Assembly: GCF_964204865.1 (NCBI RefSeq)
Contig: NC_135253.1
Coordinates: forward strand, 16,120,001-16,184,000
DNA from: Styela clava
Taxonomy: Eukaryota
Direction of reading: 5' to 3'
Length of the DNA stretch: 64,000 nucleotides
Position 1 is the first letter of the stretch, and the number at the start of each line of letters is the position of its first letter. Of this stretch, positions 51,933 through 64,000 are shown one piece after another. The notes beneath the pieces were generated by a model that did not search any database, had not been told where the DNA came from, and saw nothing but the letters and a program-made list of their open reading frames with translations. The position numbers and the translations under genes are program-made.

Positions 51933-54881
51933 TTATTCTGGGTGGGTGTTAACACCATTAGTGTCTCCAGGTTGAGAATTTTGCTTTAAGGATTCTATAA
52001 CATCTTCATCTTCCTCATCATCCTCTTCTTCTTCATCATCATCTTCATCTGATATTTCCCCACCTAGAGTCTTAATTTTAGTTTTATAAGATTCTAGCTT
52101 TGTCTCCTGGTCTGATAAAAGAATAAGCAAATCTTCTTGCTCTTTTTTGAAATCTTCAGCTTGTGCTTTTGCCTCTTCTGCCTTGGAGTTTGCATCGGTA
52201 ACTTGTTGTACAAGAGATTCTTCTTTACTCTGTAAATTGGAGAGTTTTTCCTCAAGTGTTGAGATTTTATCCTGAAGTGTGAGGTTTTCTTGGCTGGTAA
52301 CATTCAATCTGGATTCAAGATCATGAATCTTTGTTTGCATTGACGTCTTCTCAGAAACAAGTACATCATACACTTCATCAGTTGTGTTTTGAGAGCGTGC
52401 ACCTTCTGATAACAACCTAGAAATTTCTTCATCCTTCGCTTGAAGTTGGGATCGTAATGAATCAACTTCATTTGTGAGTTGTACTAATCTATGTTCTTGT
52501 AGTCTCGAATCATCAGGCACATTGATGGCATGTATACTGTCATCTGGTATGTTAGTATTGCTTTGTTGATTGTTGTTTTGTTGAGTTTCATCAGAGGACG
52601 AGAGTTGCAGAGAACGAAGTTCTAAACCATCAAGATCATTACGTAACTGTTGAATAGAATTTTCTTTTTCTTGTAATTTTGCATTTTTTTCTGCATTTTC
52701 TTGCTTCAGTTCCTCAATTTGCACATTCAAAGATGACAATAACTCGGCAGCATCGCTGACACCATCCCCAGATGAAGAATCATGCATGGTTTTCAATACG
52801 TTATATTGATCTTTTAATTGCTGAACTTGTGCTGTGCGTTCATCCAAGTTTTCCTTTGTTTGTGATAATTCAGATTCAAGACTGGAAACACGAGATCTCA
52901 ATTCTTTTAAATCTGTATCTTGACTTCTTATTAGAGCCTGATATTCCTTTATGATAGAATCATGGGCCTTGATGGCGGCTTTTGATTCTTCCTCTTTCTT
53001 GACATCCTCTAAATTTGAAACCATTTTTATAATATTATCTTCCAAAGTTTTGAACAATTTAGTAAAATTATGATCGAACAACATATCATCTGAAGATGGT
53101 GCAACAGGTTGAGAACGTTGAAACGCTTTAGAATACAGATCATGTTTTGTAACTGCTCCGAGAGAGTCACAAAATCTTTCAATTCCTACTCTTGCTACAA
53201 TTAACTCAATGAGTGACTCTTTCGTGCATTGAGGAACTGAACCATCATTATCAACAATGCATATTCCTAGCAAAAGAGCACATACTCCATGCAAAACGTG
53301 GTCCAATTCATTTCCGTGCTCGGCTATTTGGCTCAAAAGGAAAGGAACAGCATCTGAATCATGTAATAAATGGGAAACAGCAATTGGACAACCAGAAAGC
53401 CAACTGCACAATAGAATAAGTAGACCCATTCGACTTTGGATGCTCGTTGATTGCCTAACTATATTTGTAATTTGCTGCAGCAAAGATATAGGTGGATTTC
53501 CTACACTTGTCGCGAGTTGCACTCGTAACAGTTGCTGTTTCATTTCGGTATTACGATTTAATGCATGTGAAAGCGCGACAGCAGAACACCAATTAGACAG
53601 TGGATCAGAAGCAGCAAATAATCCTCCACAAAGCAGCTGACCGGCAGAAATTTGTTGTGACTGAAGTGAGGAAGGCAGTAATGTGTTGACAATTTTTGTC
53701 TGTCCTGCTGGGTTAACATGTAAAAAGCATTGGAAGCAATACAAAACAGCACACCGTAATTCAAAAGGCTGTTTGTCATTGACCATTGACATCAACAAAA
53801 CAACAATCGCTGGACGAGGGGGCTCACAAGGTGCATGAACAGATTCAAACATAGCTTGGTTAGCTTCACATCCCCTAATAACTTCCGAAACAGTATTGAT
53901 AGTTTCTGTTAAAATATCTGCCGGGACACCAGTGGCCATCAACATATTACACAGCCTCTCTAGTAATCCACATTGCTGCATTACAAGCTGGCAAGAAGAT
54001 GTCACATTCGATGGATTTGAAGGTGCAACCAACGTTCTTACAAGTTTCAGCATGAGATGCAAATTCGCAACTTTTTGTGCAGACCATACAGACTCTGAAT
54101 CAATTTCAAAAAATGGTGTCAAACGCTGCACAAATGAACCTTCTTTGAAAAATTGCTGGTTTGATGTGTTTCTCTTTAGTAAATGTAGTAACAACAAAAG
54201 GCAATCTTCTACTACAACTCCACCATCACTCATCCCTTCTGCCCTTATTATATCCAAAATAATATCAAAGCCATTTTCAAAAGCAATAATTTTTTGAATG
54301 TTGGAATTTCCACGCGTCAGTTCTATGAGCAACAATAACGCATCATTTCGAATGACCTCTCTTGAATCGGTCAATAAATCGATTAGTCGAGATATACCCA
54401 TGGGTTTCATAAGCACAGTTTCTTGTATTTTACCAGGTTGACCTTTCAGTAATGAAATCATAAGCCGTAGTGCGGAGAGTCGAACACTAAAATCATATCG
54501 CTCAACGAAATCTAATACCACATTTATATTATTCTCTTCTGCGGTAAATTTTTCGACAAATGTACGAGTTAATTCAGGTTGCGGAACTACGTCATCATCT
54601 TCTTCCATATCAGACATAAGATTGCATAATGTATCGAGTGCGTATGCCACCATTTCATCATCATTTGCGTCTTGATCTAAAACAGTAGCAATATGAGCCA
54701 TTCCCTGTGTGCCAACTTCATATCTAAACTTTCTCGACAATGATTTTAATGCACGAACAGCATCTCGACGATCTTCAAGGAGCGTAGATGATGCAACACG
54801 ATCACAAAGTCTTGATACGGTTTCTGCTCCACTCGGCTGTTGCTCATCACTGCCTTTCACAAATGATTTAAAATAATTCAT
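51933..54881 (-). CDS. USO1: General vesicular transport factor p115, intronless CDS
   Basis: 982-aa ORF with LCDRVASSTLLEDRRDAVRALKSLS, IQKIIAFENGF, an armadillo head, coiled coil, KEQEDLLILL and an acidic C-terminus. Confidence 0.98.
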   Translation of the reverse strand: MNYFKSFVKGSDEQQPSGAETVSRLCDRVASSTLLEDRRDAVRALKSLSRKFRYEVGTQGMAHIATVLDQDANDDEMVAYALDTLCNLMSDMEEDDDVVPQPELTRTFVEKFTAEENNINVVLDFVERYDFSVRLSALRLMISLLKGQPGKIQETVLMKPMGISRLIDLLTDSREVIRNDALLLLIELTRGNSNIQKIIAFENGFDIILDIIRAEGMSDGGVVVEDCLLLLLHLLKRNTSNQQFFKEGSFVQRLTPFFEIDSESVWSAQKVANLHLMLKLVRTLVAPSNPSNVTSSCQLVMQQCGLLERLCNMLMATGVPADILTETINTVSEVIRGCEANQAMFESVHAPCEPPRPAIVVLLMSMVNDKQPFELRCAVLYCFQCFLHVNPAGQTKIVNTLLPSSLQSQQISAGQLLCGGLFAASDPLSNWCSAVALSHALNRNTEMKQQLLRVQLATSVGNPPISLLQQITNIVRQSTSIQSRMGLLILLCSWLSGCPIAVSHLLHDSDAVPFLLSQIAEHGNELDHVLHGVCALLLGICIVDNDGSVPQCTKESLIELIVARVGIERFCDSLGAVTKHDLYSKAFQRSQPVAPSSDDMLFDHNFTKLFKTLEDNIIKMVSNLEDVKKEEESKAAIKAHDSIIKEYQALIRSQDTDLKELRSRVSSLESELSQTKENLDERTAQVQQLKDQYNVLKTMHDSSSGDGVSDAAELLSSLNVQIEELKQENAEKNAKLQEKENSIQQLRNDLDGLELRSLQLSSSDETQQNNNQQSNTNIPDDSIHAINVPDDSRLQEHRLVQLTNEVDSLRSQLQAKDEEISRLLSEGARSQNTTDEVYDVLVSEKTSMQTKIHDLESRLNVTSQENLTLQDKISTLEEKLSNLQSKEESLVQQVTDANSKAEEAKAQAEDFKKEQEDLLILLSDQETKLESYKTKIKTLGGEISDEDDDEEEEDDEEDEDVIESLKQNSQPGDTNGVNTHPE

Positions 54882-56049
54882 TTTGTAATGCTGTTTATTG
54901 ATATCTATTTATGAAAAAAGAAAATGAAATAGTTAGTGGTTTTGACTATTTTTTTACTGGATTTGGGGTATTGGTCCAATGCTTCCATTCCCCAGAAGTT
55001 TTTATAGCAGTCAAACAAGTCTGCGAGTGTATGTTTTGGTGGGCAATATGGCACTTGGAAATGGAAGTGCCTTTTCAAAACCAGCCTACGCCTAACCCCG
55101 TGTATCATTTCGGGAGATTCTATAATTACAGTAATTTCATTCTGTTTCTACGTACTTTTATGTCAATCATGTAGAAAGTGCAGATCTGCATTAAGAAGGC
55201 GGATCGAAAGAAATTCAAAATCTTGACAGTCTTTGTCAATATGGATGGACAAGCTGGTGTTGGACAAATGAAGCTTTATTTTTATGAAATAAAACAGCGG
55301 GATCTAACGACTTAGCAGTTAAAAAATTTACAATTTAGATTTTTATAATCTTGGTAAATTTGAGTTTACCCTCACACTTTGATCGCCCTGTACTTCGAAA
55401 AGCTTTTGCAACACTGATACTTCATAATTCTGGCAATAATACAGTACTGGATAGGCCTGCAAATTGGGGTATGAAATAACCACTGGTAATAAAGATATAA
55501 CTTTATACAGTTACAAAGTTATAACTACAGATGTAAAGTTTGAATAAAAAAATTTTCAAACTCAAAATTTGATTCTATTTATTGCAACAATCTATATAAG
55601 ATACATATATATAATCTTTGAGGCCACTATGTGAGAAAAAAATAGTGATGTAAAGTGTGGATAATGCATATAACTGTATAACGATAGACTGATAGAGGAG
55701 AAAGACATTCAAAACATTTTCATTATGACCTTTGCTCAGTCTATCAGTTTTTTGAAATCAAGCGCTGTAGGGAGTGTAAAGTGCTTGTTTACTTTCCAAA
55801 CTCACCTATGTTACATGGTGATATCACTAAGGTAAACAGTGGTTCAGTACCACCTGTTGTTATGATGTCAGTACCAGTATGGGGTAAAATTTAAGTTAGG
55901 TATACTACTAGACTACAAATAAACAATTGGTCAACTGTGTTTAAGTATATTTTGATTTCTTTTCTGATATATTCAGCAACTTCTTGTTACCATTTATGTA
56001 TTGTTGTATTAGCTTTATTAATGAATCAAAACAAACTAAACTTTTTTTT

Positions 56050-57520
56050 TAAATGGTTCACTCCATAAGTGATTTTAATTAAGTTTCTTAATTTTTTCCA
56101 ATAATTCGTTTGCATAAACTTTGTAATTCTTTTGCAAAGGGTTTGTTTACTCTAGAATTTTTTCTATATATTATGGCCATTTTTATCTGCATTTTAAAGT
56201 GAGCAATATCAGGTGTTTTATATTCAAATATACCGTAATCGAATATCTCATGATCCAAATTTATATCACTCTGTTGATAACAAAAAATTAATTGCTTTCA
56301 AATCTACAGTAGCTACCGGTATATGACAAAATAAAGAATCATCGAAATTAAATAATATGCAAAAATCATAATTTATAACAAAATGTATTTTTATATAATT
56401 AAATAAACGAAATCATCATACATTTTCTGGGAAAATTCACAAGACATGAATATATGTGAAATAAACTCAGGTTCCTCATTGTATAATACACACATTTCAT
56501 TTTTTCCTATTTTTTTTTAATCTATGGCTTAGTTTACAAAGAAAAAATATCCCAAGGAATTTATAGTTGAAAGTTTTTATATAATTTGTATATAACTTCG
56601 TCATTTATATGGTAATATTGTTTGCCCATTTTGATATCATACGCATTTAAACTATTATTTCCTAAAAAATCAATTACACTTTTATAATACTCGTGTGGAA
56701 TAAATCTATGTACCATACTATTATTTAATGGTAGTGGTAATGGTGTTTTCTATATATTCAAATACACACATACCAGGAATATAAATAAATATTGTAAAAA
56801 TTCATTTACAATTTCATTTACTTTTTGAGAAATATATTTTGGCATTGAAAATATTTTGCATAAAAACAAAATTTGCGGTAATAACTCAAGTTTTACTATC
56901 AAACACTTTCCTTCTGACGAAATAAGTATTTTTTGAGGATCAGCCACTATTTTTTCACTTATTCCAGTTCAAGTTTCCAGTATTAGTATTAGCAGAAATC
57001 ACATCTAACATTTCTCAATCGGTATAATCGTTTATTAGTATCCTAGTTTCACCATCTTTATATAGACGGTGTACATGATAAATTCATTTTTTATCCCAAA
57101 TCTTTCTAAAATCTTATAAATAATCTAAATTAACCGAATCACATACTTTTATAAGATCAAATGATAATAAAGCATTTTCACCAATTTTTTTTGTTCTTAA
57201 TAATGCATACCTGGTAGAATTATTTTATTTCTGTTGGCAAGAATTTTACTAATTATTTTAAATCAAAATTTAGAAGAGTTCAGAGTTGTAATAATTTCCT
57301 ATGTCTTTCATAAAATTCAATTCTTATTCCATTTGAATCCGGTTATTTTCTGTCTTTCTGGCTTTTGATAGCCTCCATTAATTCAGTCAGTTGAATCGGA
57401 TATTTTAAATTATATGCTTATTTTATTGGACGATATCAACATTGTTTAAAAATAGTCTTTGTTTTATTGGGTCTTTTGTTTACTGTACACATGATTCTTC
57501 ATTTTTATTTTTTAGTTTTC
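56050..57520 (-). mobile_element. Heavily decayed L1/Tx1-clade non-LTR retrotransposon ORF2 relic
   Basis: Frameshifted motifs in colinear order: PIQLTELMEAIKSQKDRK*PDSNGIRIEFY, TLLNFD..IISKILANR, LLSFDLIKVCDSVNLDYL..ILERFG, EGKCLIVKLELLPQILF and the zf-RVT-like CVLYNEEPEFISHIFMSC. Confidence 0.8.
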
Positions 57521-58734
57521 TAATACTGTAATAAATGATTCTTTTTGCCTCAAATATTAAAAAAAAGGATTTGTAGCATTTCCCATGACTATCACAGTAC
57601 GGTCAGACGGTACCGTACCGGTACCGGTACGACCTTCTTTTTTCAGTTTTTATACCGGTACTGTAGTTTCACAGGACAGCAGGATGTGACATTGGTACCG
57701 TACTATCTCATCTGGCTTGAACTTAAATATTTCGCCAGGTACCGGTATACAATGGCGCTACATTCTGACACTAGAAATTAATTCAATAGAATCTTCGGGC
57801 TCAAAATAGGTGACCAATTCATTCAAAATATCAGAGACCTATTCTCGTCTCAGTTTTTCAGCATTGTAACATTGTATCCCTATCACTATAATGTACACAA
57901 TTTGTCCCCTCTCAATGTCATGTACACAATTTGTGCAACTATTGCACGTTGCGAAAAAAGAAACCTAGGCTATATAATCCATCCTAAAAACTAAAAGTAT
58001 CACGACATTTACCGGTACACTTACAGCCCAGGGCTCTGAGTTGCATGGGAAAATCACACTGATACTGTTATTTTGACCTTTGACTCAATACGGACACGTC
58101 AAAAATATTAAAATGACGTATTGACAAATCCGAGATTTCTACTCTCTCTGACAAATGCAACAATTTTATAGGGATTCTCGATTACCTCATTTGGAAATGA
58201 TGAATGACAAAAAGCAGTTACCATTGCGGCAGAGGCATGCCGATAAAAGGCGAGAAGAAATTTACTCTGTCATTTATTGATTCGCCAAATCAAAAACGCG
58301 GTACAAATCACAGCACAACATTAACGCTCTTTGAAGAGCCGCTCGGGAAAGATAAATCTTCTTCCTCGCCATTTTGAATCCGAACGAACCTGGGATAAAT
58401 ATGTAAATCCTATAACAGTGTGTCACCTGATGCAAATCTATCATGCTCGTGGTCAAGGATAAGACAGATGTAGATGATTGCCACCGATTGAAGACATTTT
58501 TATCCCCCACAATGCCCCAGTGACGAATGAAACGTAAGTGATTCCGACTATTATCTTTCTCCCCTCACAAAGTTCCAGCTCACGTAGGCTCACAAGATGT
58601 CAAGATGCGTTGACAAGACAGGCGTGCTCAAAATTGTTGAGCCAACTATGGGACAGCCGATTATGATTAAAATGACACAAAAAATCGACAAGGATCTTGT
58701 CCAGAACATACCGTACCATAACTAAAGACTAGAT

Positions 58735-59542
58735 AAGTGGTTCCCAAACTTTTTAGAGTTGGGACCCACTATTTATTACCGCAGCTTATGGCGACCCACA
58801 ACAAAATATCTTTGTTAGTTCTATTTTCTTTTGTATGTTTTATGGCATAACACAGAAATGGCTAATAATCGCAAAACTACCGTGTTTCCTCGAAAATAAG
58901 ACCTAATTTGAATTTTAAAAATGATTCATAATTAAACCCTACCTTTAAAATAAATTTAAAATGTGTGGGACCGGAATAGTTCAATCACCTGAGGTAAGGT
59001 GAAGACACACCACTATTCAAGATTGTGTGATGTCACCATCGCAATTATAATATTTGTCACTTGATTTTTGTATAGGAAATACAAGTAAAACAAAGAATGT
59101 CGGTTTTTATATGATGTTTATTAAAAAATCTCGTGTTTTTTTTACAATGTAATTTTATTTTTGATAATGAACATAAACGACCTCATCCACAAAAAAACAT
59201 AGTGTTATTCTTCAAAAGAAAATAAATCTAAATCTTGTCTAAATTTCAGGGAAACATGGTAAGAAGTGCTGTACAGTGTACAAAACTGTTATGCGTAAAA
59301 AAGCCACATGGTCATTCTTTGTGTAGCAAATTTTTGCTTTGGGAAGATGGTAAAAAGAAAACTTTCACGGATTAGAATTTAAATTCCATTTCTTTTGTTT
59401 TTTTGAAGATTTACGTATTCGAGTCGCCACCGATCCTAATAACCAGTATAATTAATCAAAGCTTCCTACATCTTTTCACGACCCACCAAGGTTCCTATTG
59501 CGACCCACTAGTGGGTCGGGACCCACAGTTTGGGACCCGCTG
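58735..59542. mobile_element. hAT (Charlie/MER-like) non-autonomous element
   Basis: TIR (a)agtggttcccaaact / agtttgggacccgctg, TSD gactagat/gactagag, and subterminal gacccac repeats. Confidence 0.85.
58880..59259. mobile_element. pogo/Tigger-like MITE nested in the hAT element
   Basis: TA TSD and TIR ccgtgtttcctcgaaaataagac / gtctaaatttcagggaaacatgg. Confidence 0.75.
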
Positions 59543-60259
59543 GACTAGAGAGACTGAATTTTCGTTTAACCAACTGAAATTTCACACGCACTAAAACTTT
59601 ATTACAGAATAATCATATGGTGAATACTGCTATTAATATTGCACGCAAAAATTATTTTGACAAACACAAGATAATTTGATGCGCATTCTCACACAAGCGC
59701 AAACGCGCAAATATTGAAGCCATATAACTGTACATAAAACGGAAACTTGAAGACAAAAGGAATATAGAGAACTAACTTAACAATCATAAAAAACAGGTAT
59801 TTGTTAGATATTTCTTTGGATGATAACGTGTAACGCATTTAAACTGATAAAAAATTGGGTTGTTCATGAGCTTCAAAAAAAAATAAATCTAGCTAGCTAT
59901 GTTGAACTTTTCACAAGGTTTCCTAAACTACCAAACTCTTAGAACATTTTAGTTCCCATTTTATTATACTTTTGTGTTGAGCATAGGTCAAACCGTATGG
60001 AATAAATTAAATAACAATTATAGCAAAGCTATGGGATGACATCCTTAATGGTTAATTGCAAATTTATTTGCCGAATTCAGTTTATCTTCTCATAACGCAC
60101 TGTAAGAGCAACAAAAGGAAATAAAAATAAAGCGCACCATTAATATATGTGCAACATTTCATGGATTTAACCACATTGCAGTGTTTATGATATGTCTTGC
60201 ATCTTTGTGTCCAGTAATAAAAAGCACATTTGCTACTAGTTCAAGCACTAGTTTTTGAA

Positions 60260-63742
<3,483 letters not shown>

Positions 63743-64000
63743 CTGAAAAAGTTTTTTAATAACGGTAAATGTCAGTAAATTAGAATATTATGCATTCAAG
63801 AGTCCGGCTTGTCATTGTTGTAAACTGCTTGTCTGAGGAAGTCTGATTTTGGTCGGACGAAACGTTACAAAAATACATTTGAGTTAGTGTGCAGCTGGAC
63901 TCTTGAATGCATATCATGGTATTTTTATTCCTGCTACAGCATCCTTGCAATTGCAATATACGCATACAGAGCGCAAAGGCATTGAGGAAAGATTGGGAGT

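Noticed and set aside
49111-54297. Short + strand and off-frame ORFs over WDR48 and USO1
   Set aside because: Shadow ORFs of long coding sequences, with no motifs.
54905-55174. Small ORFs just upstream of USO1
   Set aside because: They overlap the branch point and polypyrimidine tract, with no recognisable homology.
55091-55240. CCTAACCC followed by stem-loops as a telomerase RNA template and pseudoknot
   Set aside because: The template match is only 8 nt, the possible P3 is only 6 bp, and no CR4/5 or H/ACA domain is visible.
57595-57750. GTACCG/ACCGGT repeat cluster
   Set aside because: A simple palindromic microsatellite motif, also scattered elsewhere in the window, with no structure beyond that.

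Overview
AT-rich animal genomic DNA with short GT-AG introns. The gene architecture suggests an invertebrate such as an ascidian, but that is inference. Genes read from the sequence: a multi-exon orphan secreted Cys-rich protein (276-~5635, +); three 6-exon chymotrypsin-like S1 proteases on the - strand, two of them a recent 3.7-3.8 kb tandem duplicate; an 8-exon classical SDR oxidoreductase; a 5-exon SNX10/11-like sorting nexin; intronless WDR48 and USO1 lying head-to-tail; and the last five exons of AMP deaminase. The intergenic DNA is dense with transposons: a decayed Mag-type Ty3/gypsy element split by a hAT insertion, a BEL/Pao fragment, a solo LTR, an L1/Tx1 relic, a tRNA-derived SINE, and hAT, pogo, piggyBac, Merlin-like and Helentron-associated non-autonomous elements. 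The most notable candidates are (1) a probable USO1-WDR48 dicistronic operon resolved by trans-splicing, with both CDSs intronless; (2) the exon-modular 24-Cys orphan protein; and (3) proteases with an atypical S1 pocket (PSGW/PCGW). Exon boundaries were read by eye, and no database searches were run.
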